64,000 nucleotides of DNA from Octopus bimaculoides (GCF_001194135.2 NC_068985.1:71684130-71748129); one strand, 5' to 3'; positions 41,071 to 53,375 are shown, counted from the first letter of the stretch. The notes: generated by a model not told the origin, from the sequence alone. Translations and numbers: made by a program.

Positions 41071-41789
41071 NNNNNNNNNNNNNNNNNNNNNNNNNNNNNN
41101 NNNNNNNNNNNNNNNNNNNNNNNNNNNNNNNNNNNNNNNNNNNNNNNNNNNNNNNNNNNNNNNNNNNNNNNNNNNNNNNNNNNNNNNNNNNNNNNNNNNN
41201 NNNNNNNNNNNNNNNNNNNNNNNNNNNNNNNNNNNNNNNNNNNNNNNNNNNNNNNNNNNNNNNNNNNNNNNNNNNNNNNNNNNNNNNNNNNNNNNNNNNN
41301 NNNNNNNNNNNNNNNNNNNNNNNNNNNNNNNNNNNNNNNNNNNNNNNNNNNNNNNNNNNNNNNNNNNNNNNNNNNNNNNNNNNNNNNNNNNNNNNNNNNN
41401 NNNNNNNNNNNNNNNNNNNNNNNNNNNNNNNNNNNNNNNNNNNNNNNNNNNNNNNNNNNNNNNNNNNNNNNNNNNNNNNNNNNNNNNNNNNNNNNNNNNN
41501 NNNNNNNNNNNNNNNNNNNNNNNNNNNNNNNNNNNNNNNNNNNNNNNNNNNNNNNNNNNNNNNNNNNNNNNNNNNNNNNNNNNNNNNNNNNNNNNNNNNN
41601 NNNNNNNNNNNNNNNNNNNNNNNNNNNNNNNNNNNNNNNNNNNNNNNNNNNNNNNNNNNNNNNNNNNNNNNNNNNNNNNNNNNNNNNNNNNNNNNNNNNN
41701 NNNNNNNNNNNNNNNNNNNNNNNNNNNNNNNNNNNNNNNNNNNNNNNNNNNNNNNNNNNNNNNNNNNNNNNNNNNNNNNNNNNNNNNNN

Positions 41790-41790
<1 letters not shown>
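41071..41790. other. Largest assembly gap
   Basis: A 720-nt N run flanked by (TA)n on both sides. The other gaps are 6617-7093, 7899-8206, 15777-16249, 19688-19697, 24234-24750, 27045-27203, 30915-31491, 43010-43355, 45246-45334, 45818-45827, 47800-48072 and 55496-55783. Confidence 1.
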
Positions 41791-41826
<36 letters not shown>

Positions 41827-42479
41827 GTATGTATATGCACCAGCATGGAAAGCAGACATTAAATGATGATGATGTGTATATATATATATATGATATCATA
41901 GATCTATTTACAATTATGCAGTGAAAAAGCACTCCTTCTTTGAATTTCCCTAGGGGTATGAAACCCTTACTCTCACACCTCTTTTATTCTTTCCTTGTCT
42001 CAATGCATGAAAAAAAAAAGAGAACTAAAATCAGTGCTTAAGTTGACAAGGAAAGTTAACCTTAATACCATATGCCATACACACATATATCCAATACAAC
42101 CTACTCAAGAATTCTTTGCTTTTATTGATTTTTTTTTTATTGCTGGTATGCTAATGTTTTAGTTACTTTTTTATAACCATTTTTATTTTTATTAAAGACG
42201 TTTCTGACATTTTAATAAACATGCAAAAAGGCTTTCAATTATTTTGTTGTAGGATGTTCATGTTGTTGTTGTTGTCAGTTTTGCTGCTCCTTTCCTTGAT
42301 ACCTACCTCAGATGTTTTAGTGTATATGTGTGTCTATGTTTGCTTGTGTTTTTGTTTATGTGTGTGCATATTTTACACATGACCATGTATGTATGCACTT
42401 TGGTGTGTAATTACGCATCTATGCCTGCATTTGCATATACACACACATTCACACAAAAGTTTTCATGCAAAAAGTTATG

Positions 42480-43009
42480 AAAAGATATACATAGACATTA
42501 GATATGTGTATATATATGTGCTCTTGTGTACATATATGTTTATATTTCTAAATACATGTGTGTCTGCATATTTGTGTGTCTGTGTGTGTTTGTATATGTG
42601 TATATATCTGTATGTATACAAGTCTGTATATGTATGTATATATATGTTTATGTGTGTGTATATATATGTATAAATATGTATAAATGTATATATATGTATA
42701 AATGGTTATATATATAAATATATATATCTATAAATATATAAATATATATGTATAAATGTGTGTGTGTGTATATATATATATCTAAAAATGTATATGTATG
42801 TATAAATGTATGTGTATGTATAAATGTATATATATATATGTATAAATATATCTATGTATAAATGTATATATGTATAAATATATATATGCACATGTATAAA
42901 TGTATATGTATAAATGTATATATATCTGTATAAATGTATATGCATATATGTATAAATGTATATGTATAAGTGTATATGTATAAATGTATATATATAAGTG
43001 TATATGTAT
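42480..43009. repeat. Degenerate TATAAATGTA/(TA)-based simple-repeat array running into a gap
   Basis: Repeated TGTATAAATGTATA variants. Confidence 0.9.
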
Positions 43010-44065
43010 NNNNNNNNNNNNNNNNNNNNNNNNNNNNNNNNNNNNNNNNNNNNNNNNNNNNNNNNNNNNNNNNNNNNNNNNNNNNNNNNNNNNNNNNNNN
43101 NNNNNNNNNNNNNNNNNNNNNNNNNNNNNNNNNNNNNNNNNNNNNNNNNNNNNNNNNNNNNNNNNNNNNNNNNNNNNNNNNNNNNNNNNNNNNNNNNNNN
43201 NNNNNNNNNNNNNNNNNNNNNNNNNNNNNNNNNNNNNNNNNNNNNNNNNNNNNNNNNNNNNNNNNNNNNNNNNNNNNNNNNNNNNNNNNNNNNNNNNNNN
43301 NNNNNNNNNNNNNNNNNNNNNNNNNNNNNNNNNNNNNNNNNNNNNNNNNNNNNNNATAGGCATAGTTGTGTACATAGATAGGCAAAAGTCAAATAATGCA
43401 AGTAAGATTACGTTGTAAAGAACAAACAAATAATGCATGAAGAAAAACAAGCCAAAAACATGAGGATGAAAATGTGTAGAAATATAAAATGAAAAAAACA
43501 TCAATCAAAGATGTGTTCATTGAAGATAAATATAGCAATAGAAGAAACAGAAAAGACTTTAATGTTGAAGGTGATACCATTTACCAGACAATGAAAATAA
43601 TTAAGAGAATCAAGAGAAAAAAAAACCCAATATGCAATAGCAAATTTAAGACATCTGTTTACATGATGGCTGTATATATTTATATTGTGTTTGATTATAT
43701 TTGTGTATGTATGTGAATATATGTATCTGTATTCTTATGAATGCATATATGTATGTTATATGAATACATATATGTATGTATACAAGTATATTCCTAATTT
43801 TCTCTTTGCAATTATGTTCTCCCCTCTAACTGCTCTCTCTACACATTCTGATTTTCCATATGGTGGCATGTACATCCTTACAACAGTGTAAACTTTCTTT
43901 AATCAAGTTATCCTTGGCCTGAAGAGTAGCCTATGGTATACGCCTCACTTGGATATTTACTACTTCCGAGGTTCTACTCATTCTGAAACATATGTAGCCC
44001 AGATATTATCTACTTCATTCCTTAACTGTTGTATTTTATTTACATACCTGGCATATATATATATT

Positions 44066-44458
44066 GGCGCAGGAGTGGCTGTGTGGTAAGTAGCTTGCTT
44101 ACCAACCACATGGTTCTGGGTTCAGTCCCACTGCGTGGCACCTTGGGCAAATGTCTTCTACTATAACCTCGGGCTGACCAAAGCCTTTTGAGTGGATTTG
44201 GTAGACGGTAACTGAAAGAAGCCCTTCGTATATATGTATATATATGTGTGTGTGTCTGTGTCTGTGTTTGTACCCCAGCATCGTTTGACAACCGATGCTG
44301 GTGTGTTTACGTCCCTGTAACTTAGCGGTTCAGCAATAGAAACTGATAGAATAAGTACTAGGCTTACAAAGAATAAGTCCTGTTGATTTGCCCGACTAAA
44401 GGTGATGCTCCAGCATGGCCGCATTCAAATGACTGAAACAAGTAAAAGAGTAAAAGAG
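44066..44458 (+). mobile_element. tRNA-derived SINE family A, best-preserved copy
   Basis: The head GGCGCAGGAGTGGCTGTGTGGTAAG...GGTTCAGTCCC has A-box and B-box-like motifs. It is followed by a central (TA)/(TG) microsatellite and a tail ending (GTAAAAGA)n. Many further copies occur in the window. Confidence 0.85.
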
Positions 44459-44613
44459 AGTATATGTATATATATATATATATAATTACTACTGGCACTC
44501 TGTTGGTTATGATGACGATGAGGGTTCCAATTGATCTGACCAACAGAACAGCTTGCTCATGGAATTAATGTGCAAGCAAGTAGCACTCCACAGACCAGCA
44601 TGCCCTTAACATA

Positions 44614-44839
44614 ACCTGTTACGGTTTTTTTCTACAGGTATTCTATAGAAATTATAGTGAGCATTGATTTTTGTTACAATGTTTCATGCTCAAAACATCA
44701 GATGTAAACAAACAATGAGATCAAAGAGGAAAACAGGATAATGGGCGTATATGCCATATTATGGGTGTTTTTCCCTTTTTATCAGTACCTATCTAATCCC
44801 TTAATCATCCACAAGAATATTGCTTAAATAACCACTGAA
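44614..44839. mobile_element. Unclassified 226-bp interspersed repeat inserted into a SINE with an 11-bp target duplication
   Basis: CCCTTAACATA is present at both 44603-44613 and 44840-44850; a second diverged copy lies at about 27204-27430; no TIR is visible. Confidence 0.7.
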
Positions 44840-45076
44840 CCCTTAACATACTTCTCTAGGAGATTCAGTGTGACAATGTGATAAAGCAGGCCCTTTGAAT
44901 TACAGGTAAAACTCACCACCTGAGTGGACTGGAACAGTATGAAATAAAGTGTCTTGCTCAAGCGTAGAATGTACCACCAGCAATTGAAATCACAAGCTTA
45001 TGATCATACCCGTAACCACTAATCCATATGCTTTCACACACACACACACACACGTATATATAATATATATATATAA

Positions 45077-45560
45077 ACGCAAGAGTGGCTGTGTGGTAAG
45101 CAGTTTGCTTCCCAACCACATGCTTCTGGGTTCAGTCCCATTGCATGGCACCATGGGCAAGTGTCTTCTAAGCTGACCAAAGCTTTGTGAGTGGATTTGG
45201 TAGCTGGAAACTGAAAGAAGCCCATCATATATATATATATATATANNNNNNNNNNNNNNNNNNNNNNNNNNNNNNNNNNNNNNNNNNNNNNNNNNNNNNN
45301 NNNNNNNNNNNNNNNNNNNNNNNNNNNNNNNNNNATATATATGTATATATATATATATGTATGTATTTGTGTGTCTGTGTTTGTTCCCCCACCATCACTT
45401 GACACTGATGTTGGTGTGTTTACATAGCCCATAACTTAGTGGTTTGGCAAAAGAGATCAAATCAGTACTAGGCTTACAAAGAATAAATCCTGTTTGACAA
45501 AAGGCAGTGCTCCAGCATAGCTGCAGTCAAATGACTGAAACAAGTAAAAGAATAAAAGAA
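45077..45560 (+). mobile_element. SINE family A copy (contains a gap)
   Basis: Collinear with 44066-44458. Confidence 0.8.
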
Positions 45561-46276
45561 TACACACACACACACACACACACACACAACATGGCTAGGT
45601 GGTTAAGAAGGTAACTATGAAACCATGTCATTAGGGTTTCAATCCTACTGTATGAATGTTGTTGGCTAACGCTCTGTACTATAGCCCTGGGTCAATCAAT
45701 ACCTTGTGAGTAAAATTAGTAGACAGAAACTGAAGAAGCCTGTTGTGCATGTATGTGTGTGTGTATGTGTAATTCTATTTGTGTATATATGTATATATAT
45801 GTGTGTATGTATATATGNNNNNNNNNNTGTATATGCATGCATATATTTGTGTATCTGTATACATGTTTATATATGTGTGGGTATCTCTGTTCATGCCCGT
45901 GTTTGATCTCCTCCTTTGCAAGTTCTGTCTCTGTAAACGAAGCAACATCCCTGCACTCAAATACAAGAGATACCATGTGCTTATTGCCATGAAAGCATTT
46001 CCTGGCTTCTTGAAATGTCTGCATCTACTTCATGATATTTGTTAGCGAAAGAGGGTTATACAAAAATGGATCTGGTCTGTGTTAATGTTCAACAAACCAG
46101 GGTGCTATTATTACCTTGCTTGGAAACAGGTTAGATTTGGGTACAGGAAGGGTGTATTGCCACAGAAACTCTCTCTCAATGAATTCTGTGTAACCCATGC
46201 AAGCATGGAAAAATGAATGTTAAAAACGATGATGATGATAATATCTAAATATATATGTATACATGCAAATATATTT

Positions 46277-46361
<85 letters not shown>

Positions 46362-47494
46362 TAAATATATGTATGTAAAAAATATATATGTATATATATA
46401 AATTTATGTAGGTAAATAGATATATGTATATGTCTATATAGATGTGTATGTGCATATATATATATGTATACACAAATGCACATATGTGCGTATGTTTGCA
46501 TGTGTGTGCATGCATACATGCAAATCAATTCCTGATCCATATATAAGCACTGTGTATGCATATAAGTGAGTTTTGTGTCAAATAATGAGAGGGAGAAAAG
46601 AATGAGTGAGAGGAGGATGATTGAAGCTTTAGAGATTTTAATGACAATTGGAAAAATAGAAAATCTTCTTTGATATATCTTAAGGTTTTGGAAGAAAGAA
46701 ATCTTCACTGCACACACATACATCGCTGAATGATTTTACACAAACGAATAAAAAATTTCATGCAGGATATAGATATATACTCTTCTAATAAAACTTTTTT
46801 ATGTATATTTTACTGATAACTTTACATATACAGGCTTTTATGCATATACATACTCTTATTGAAACATATTTATATTCCTATCTCCCTACCCACCTACCCA
46901 CCTACTGCATTCTCCTGCAATCTTCATCCATCCATCCTGAATCTTTTGTTGTCATACACCCTCTTTCTTAGGTTTGTTACCATAAGGGTTAATTTTCCTA
47001 ATTCGTTAACACCATTTTTAAGCTCTTTAGCTGGCACCCCTTAATACCTGTATGTAATGTTTGGTAGTAATGAACTTCCTCCACAAAAACAAACCTGTTC
47101 CTCCTATCTTATCTGAACCTCTCAACATCTTGCATCATGCCACCTTCCCTCTCATTCCTCCTCAGTTGAGAGAGGTCTTTAATCTTGCATTCTACAAGGT
47201 AACCTCAGTAGTGCTAGTACCACATAAAAAAGAGTACCCTGTACACTCAGCAAAGTTATTGGCATTAGGAGGGGCATCTATCATAGAAAGCTTGCCAATA
47301 TTGGAACAAAATTTGCTTGCTCCTTACAGTTACAGGATTCTGGTGAATCTTCTACACCATGGTAGCATGGTAAGTAGTTTTAAAATCAGTATGATATATA
47401 TATAGTATTCTGTTGGTCTCTTTTATCAAGCTGCTAAGTTATGGGGATATAAACACATGATGGTGGTGGCAGACAAACACAGACACACATAGAT

Positions 47495-47546
<52 letters not shown>

Positions 47547-47587
47547 ATCTAGGTGTGTATGTTATATATATATATATATATATATAT

Positions 47588-47799
47588 TGGAAGATTTTTG
47601 ATGTGAAATCGTGTGTTGAAACAGATGTTGTTGTACTTGGGGATGGTCATATTGCCAGTTTAGCCAATAAAAACACACGCACTGTATATTTGGTGTTAAT
47701 TTGCTTCAGCTTTATATTACATTAATCTTAATCTTATTTCGGCCAGAGTTCTTTCGTCACACTTCTGTGACCTCATCAGTGGTCCTTTGTTTCCTTCCT
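47588..47799 (-). mobile_element. Probable Penelope-like element terminal-repeat/3' fragment carrying the hammerhead; continues into a gap
   Basis: Non-SINE sequence inside the central (TA)/(TG) microsatellite of a SINE copy. The PLE assignment is inferred from the minimal hammerhead and the microsatellite target; no PLE coding sequence is visible here. Confidence 0.5.
47741..47785 (-). ncRNA. Minimal type-I hammerhead ribozyme, probably Penelope-associated
   Basis: The minus strand reads GGACCA-CUGAUGA-G-GUCACA-gaag-UGUGAC-GAAA-gaac-UC-UGGCC. This gives the core CUGAUGA and GAAA, a perfect 6-bp stem II, an A15.1-U16.1 pair closing a 4-nt loop, cleavage nucleotide C17, and stem I GG(A)CCA/UGGCC. 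Confidence 0.75.
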
Positions 47800-48090
47800 N
47801 NNNNNNNNNNNNNNNNNNNNNNNNNNNNNNNNNNNNNNNNNNNNNNNNNNNNNNNNNNNNNNNNNNNNNNNNNNNNNNNNNNNNNNNNNNNNNNNNNNNN
47901 NNNNNNNNNNNNNNNNNNNNNNNNNNNNNNNNNNNNNNNNNNNNNNNNNNNNNNNNNNNNNNNNNNNNNNNNNNNNNNNNNNNNNNNNNNNNNNNNNNNN
48001 NNNNNNNNNNNNNNNNNNNNNNNNNNNNNNNNNNNNNNNNNNNNNNNNNNNNNNNNNNNNNNNNNNNNNNNNACACAGACACACATAGAT

Positions 48091-48141
<51 letters not shown>

Positions 48142-48463
48142 CATACACCCCCACACACACACATACGTGACAGACTTCTTTCAGTTTTCCTCTACCAAAT
48201 CTACTCACAAGGCTTTGGTTGGCCTGAGGCTATAGTAGAAGACACTTGCCCAGGGTGCCATGCAGTACTGAACTCAGAACCCTGTGGTTGGGAAGCAAGC
48301 TTCTTACAATACAGTCATGCCTGTGCCTATATATATATATGATAATGATGATGATGTCAATGAAGTTCTAGCATAGTCTGGTTTTTATATTTTCTTTTTC
48401 TTTTTTATACAGTGTTACATATTGCAATAATACAAGTACTGTCATGCTTTCTGCAATCTTCAG

Positions 48464-48563
48464 GTTTATGTTGCAACAGCTTTCAGAGACTGTGTGCTTC
48501 CCAATTGGCAGCTGTATCAGTTGTGAAGATTGCAAAAAACATGAAAGTACTTGTGTTATTGTA
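48464..48563 (+). CDS. Candidate internal exon (100 nt, phase 2 to 0)
   Basis: Acceptor gctttctgcaatcttcag|, donor GTA|gtaagt; one open frame, FMLQQLSETVCFPIGSCISCEDCKKHESTCVIV. Confidence 0.3.
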
Positions 48564-49186
48564 GTAAGTAATAATGTAAAATTGGAATTTCATTCACTTA
48601 TATACCTCTTACAGAAATATACTTACATATACATGAAATATACATACTTAGGTTTATATAAACATGTGTATATACTTTTATGTCTTTATACATTTGCTTC
48701 ACATTCATACATACCTCACATTCATACATACATACATACTTGCCTCACATTCATACAAATACATTTATTATATAAATGCATTTACATATAGATTTTCACA
48801 AATATATACACACCGTTAAACAAATATACTCATTACTAAACAAATATACACATACTGTTACATAAACTTGACAGCCTCATTTCATGAACTTGCATATATA
48901 GACACCCACCATCACATTCAAAGGCATTCTTGACTTGACTTAGTCATTCTACACTCAGTTGTTCACACACGCACACACTTTTTCACACATACCTTTGCCT
49001 AATCATATATCTTTTCATTCACAAACATAAAGACAATTGTTCATACTCACATATGCATATACACGCAGGTGTACAAGCTAACAAAATACTGTCTACATAA
49101 TTGGTTATTCTGATACACGTAGCAACAAAATCTCCCTCAAATCACACCGTACCATACTAGATAAGAAAACATTAGATCATGCTGTC

Positions 49187-49440
49187 CAGTATTTCTCAAC
49201 CATTTTTTAATCTATGGACCCCTTTGGTTATTATTTTATTCTGGTGGACTCTCAGAGCCATATGATGTTTAAAACTAGTTTTATAGAACCTTCTTTCAAA
49301 ATTCCCATTTTGTTCATTACACATTCACTCATGTAGATTGAACTATGTAAAACATTTGAGAAAGAAACTTAGCTATTACTTGCAATAAATACATCTGAAG
49401 CAATTTTTTTTTTCATAAACCCTTAAAATAATACTGCAGA
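49187..49440. mobile_element. Partial copy of the hAT MITE family
   Basis: Starts CAGTATTTCTCAACCATTTTTTAATCTATGGACCCCTTTGG, aligning by eye to 13623-13870. Confidence 0.65.
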
Positions 49441-51082
49441 TCCAATGCAGCTGCTACATGGTCACACAACCTGCTAGAAATAACAAGGATTCTTTATCCA
49501 ATGCTCTTATGATCCTACCAAACCACTGCTCTAACAATGATAAAAATGTGGTTTCTTCTATTGTAGTTCTTGTTTATCCCAAGGTGATCTTTGATTGAGC
49601 ATTGTTACAGCAATGACCATCCCCACTTATTTTTTTTTCAACGGTGTATCTTGGAATAATATAGGAATGCATTCAATATTTTCTTTATTTTCATTAGTAG
49701 AGTATTATTTAAAATACATTTGGCTGCTATTTCTAGCAGAACAATCAACTTTATAGGGGCTTGTTCATTAGCTCATTAGATTAGTTGTTGCTGTTGTGCA
49801 ACCGTTGGTCAGCTTTGGTCAAATAAACATATAATCCATGATTTTCTAGCTATCACCAGCTCACATTTTCCTTTTCTCAAGCGTTATGTATCCCAGGACT
49901 ACAGTATTAAATGTATCCTTTATTGATGTTTAGCCCTGAGTAAGACCTGACTGAGCAGACCATGTTCAAAGGCATTCATCTGCGACCGTTTTGTCTTTAT
50001 GTATATTTTAAACCAGAGTGTCTATTAATTAGCTTGTTTAACAAGACAGTAGCATGTGATTTAAGGGAGATGTGAATGCTATTTTTAGCAGATCAAACTT
50101 CACATAGAGGCTCCATGCTAGCTCAAGCAGTCTTCTGTTATCCTGCGCTGTGTTAATACATTGCAAAACAGGCTTTGCAGTCATTTACCAATACCAACCA
50201 TATCTGCTGAACCCATTGTTCTCATTGTTCAGTGTCAGCCATGCTATTATGAACACTGTTGTAGTTTTTGTTCTGTTTATTTATAACTGAATGTTTGTTT
50301 TTTGCATTATATGTTATTGTTTAGCAATCCATCCATCCATCCATCCATTCATCCATCAATAAGAGCAATTCTCTTACAAGATTATCAATAATCTTTATTA
50401 TCGTAGTAGTACTGATTGTGAGAAGCATGAAAACTACTCCTTGTTCTAATGTCTCTGACATGCTGAGCAATTTTATTGAATTTTTGCTTACATGCATGTA
50501 TGCATGTGCATACACATTCAAACATATACATACACACAACATGTATACATTCACCACACTCATATATTTTGCTGGAACAAACAATGCCCTTGGAAGTGAA
50601 GATGGTGTAGATACATGAGGGGAGAAGTGTAAAATGCCAAGAATTGGTGAAGGGCTACAAAAAGTATGAGTGGAGGGTCAGATGTATCGGCTGTGGAGGT
50701 CAACAGTTTGTAGGTTTTCCTTGAAGAAGGTGAAGCATGATCAACAACAAAGGTGGTTTGGAGAGAAGCCATCTTGATGCTTTGGGCTAAAAAGCAGTGC
50801 TCAGTGGAGTGAGTAGAATACCTCTTGTATACTGGCTGAAGTTTGATCAACTTTGGTTAGTTCTTTCAAATGTGGGTGCATATTGCAAGACCTGAAATAT
50901 CCAGTGTTCACCCCATGAGAGAGTAATAATAATGTAAAAGTAGGAAAAACTACACATACAGATAGAGTATATAAAGACACACATACTTTTATCCTCATTC
51001 GACCATTCATAGATATGATGACCATTCCATCATGGATGCATTGAAGGGCTTGCTTCTTTTAATTTTCTTAGTTCCCTCATAC

Positions 51083-51176
51083 ATTGGCTTCTCTGCTCTG
51101 GGCCTGCTTGGCATCTTTTCATTATGAGATTACACCAGATAGAGAGATCACTCTGCAACAATATTCTCTCATAATC
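51083..51176 (-). CDS. Candidate internal exon (94 nt, phase 0 to 1)
   Basis: Acceptor ctctatattaattcag|, donor AAT|gtatga; only one frame is open, DYERILLQSDLSIWCNLIMKRCQAGPEQRSQ. Confidence 0.28.
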
Positions 51177-51734
51177 CTGAATTAATATAGAGCGCTTAGG
51201 TAGAGAGTATATTTGTAGCATGGGCACTATTCACAGACTAAATGTATGCAAAATCTCACACATCTGTCTGTCAGTCTAATTTTTTATCCGTCTATGTCTA
51301 ACCATCTATCCCTCTCTCCTTCTCTCCTAGCCACAAGTGTGGCTGTGTGGTTAAGAAGTTTACTTCACAGCCATATGGCTTCAGGTTCAGTCCTACTTTG
51401 TCAGCTAAAGCCTTGTGAGTTAATTTCGTAGACGGAAACTGAAAGAAGCCCGTCATGCATGTGTGTGTGTAAATATTTTTTTCATTTTGCATCTATATAA
51501 AATGTATACTATACAGCCTTTTGCTGCTGGATGGAGCATTGAATGTTATTTCTCTGAGGCTTTATCCTCTCCTAGCTGGTTTATTGGGTTATTGTGTTTA
51601 TATTTGCTTATTTCGATTTGGTTTGATGCATCAAGGAAACTTTCCTACTGTTAAACATACGTGCTTGTGTGCATGTGCCTGTGTCTATGCATACATAATC
51701 CTTATATACACATACACATATGTATATGTATGTA

Positions 51735-51782
<48 letters not shown>

Positions 51783-52235
51783 CATACATGTATATAATTA
51801 CATGTACACATTATATATATATTTACACATAATTTGTGCTTTGACTTTTCTAGTTCTTCTCCTTTACCTTTTATTATTATCTTTTTTCTCTTTCTCGCCT
51901 TTTATTTATTGGTCATGCTCTATGCAATTTTTCATATGCCCAAATCAATCCATAGCAATTTTAACACTGAAAGTGGCACGTGGCATGTTGTAAAAATGCA
52001 ATTTCTGATCTCCATTTGTGTTTTGAAGATAACATTAATCGAAGTGTGAGTGGCAAATAGCTGGTTCAGTGCTTATTTATTTTATTGAATATCTAGTTGT
52101 TTATCATGATATCTATTTAGATATTACACTGTTGTACCTACACTGCAACGTAAAAACAAGGGTATCAGATTCTGCATTTAAGTAAGCTTGTTGTGTTGGG
52201 TTTTTTTTTTTTTGTTTTTTTTTGTTTAATCTCAG

Positions 52236-52330
52236 GTCCTTTCTGGTCATGCAGACCTGTGACCAACAGCATTCCAGCTAAGACTGCAACATCAGTTCCT
52301 ATGATGGGGAGTGTGTCCTTTATTAAGATA
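52236..52330 (+). CDS. Candidate internal exon of an unknown gene (95 nt, phase 1 to 0)
   Basis: A long poly-T tract ends in ctcag|, and the donor is ATA|gtaagt. Only one frame is open (GPFWSCRPVTNSIPAKTATSVPMMGSVSFIKI), GC is above background, and I recognise no homology. Confidence 0.4.
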
Positions 52331-53133
52331 GTAAGTATGATTGGAGGAAGATTTGTCAGCAATTTCTTCTTGCAGGTCAAACATCAAATAGAATGTAGAA
52401 GCTTTTTTGTTAGCTCATTTAATAAAGGCTCTGTGTGTGTGAGAGCACACACACTCACACACACACACACATATATATACACAGTATGTATGTATATATG
52501 GTATAAGAGACTTTGTTTCATCCAGCATTAACAGGCTAAGGGATGTAAAGCAAAGGCAAAAAGCAGCTGCAAATATACTGCCTGCACTGACCCGTAATCC
52601 TCATACTTGCAACATCTGCTGACTTCTTTGCAAATCATTGGCGCGACTTGAATGTCACATTCGAAATAGCATGATGACTGACTAAGAAAGTGCAGATTGT
52701 CTGATCCTCATACATTGAAACCAATGGGAAAGTCCATTTTATATATATACACACATACACACACTTTCTTAACTGTTTTCTATGTGTGTTGTGAATTTTG
52801 TGATGTAGTGGTAGGTCTATGTTGCTGACTCTGATGGTTAGTAATATTTGATGTGTTGCTGTGAAGAAGGAAAATTATGGAGTTGATAGGTGCTACTTAC
52901 AGTTTGCCACTGTGAAGCCAGGTTTCGAAACAATTTAAGGAGAGTTGGAGTAGATGTGTAGTGTTGTCTACAGAACGATGACAAGAGGTTAGTGTGATGT
53001 CATACTTATGGTGTTGTTACTATATATTTTGTGGAAAGGGTAAGGGGTTGATCCCTTATAATTCTTCATCAGGGAAATACATATTTCATGTTATTTTTCT
53101 ACACTACACAGACTTTTCTGTTGTTTCTTAAAA

Positions 53134-53375
53134 CTACGTTCTCAACATGTCCAAGTGTCTTTCCAGTTTTGGTATCTCTGTTTTGTAGTATAGGTGGTCT
53201 GTGGATTTGGTCTGTATAGAATTTGTTACGGTGCAGAGGGCGCTGTCTTGTGTTGTTAGTAATCTATTATGGATGATTTGGCTGGTTAATAGAATTGGCA
53301 TAATCCATAATAGAAATAATGTATTGTTTGTACACAGTTGTTGTTTGTTTCTGTTGGTCAAACATGTGTGATTGC
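53134..53375 (-). mobile_element. Decayed LINE ORF2 fragment downstream of the RT domain (I/Jockey-group-like)
   Basis: LLTTQDSALCTVTNSIQTKSTDHLYYKTEIPKLERHLDML resembles the LQ..QN.ALR..TG...T...HL..E..I motif; this is recognition only. Confidence 0.5.

Larger units (their letters stand above)
47405..48328 (-). mobile_element. SINE family A copy interrupted by the hammerhead-bearing insert and a gap
   Basis: Tail half at about 47405-47560, head half at about 48075-48328. Confidence 0.7.

Noticed and set aside
41012-41932. Longest ORFs in the track (up to 306 aa) and all other X-containing ORFs
   Set aside because: They are open only because N runs contain no stop codons.
41930-41972. CTTTGA-ATTTCCCTAGGGGTAT-GAAAC-CCTTA, hammerhead-like
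   Set aside because: The CUGANGA core is broken and stem II is imperfect.
44066-44140. tRNA-like sequences with A and B boxes
   Set aside because: They are SINE heads continuing into repeat bodies; I could not fold a complete cloverleaf, so no tRNA gene is called.
45850-46024. Minus-strand MQTFQEARKCFHGNKHMVSLVFECRDVASFTETELAKEEIKH
   Set aside because: Two frames are open, there is no credible donor, and the ORF runs into microsatellite.
48464-52330. Selenoprotein-like reading (YQL-U-RLQKT-U-KYLCYC) that would chain the two plus-strand exons in phase
   Set aside because: Two TGA stops in a frame are unremarkable by chance, I see no SECIS element, and the resemblance to selenoprotein P is superficial.
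52331-52375. Apparent 45-nt GT-AG intron after the 52236 exon candidate
   Set aside because: It is shorter than typical metazoan introns and has no supporting homology.
53045-53075. Minus-strand CTGATGA next to the LINE remnant
   Set aside because: There is no stem II and no GAAA at the required spacing.
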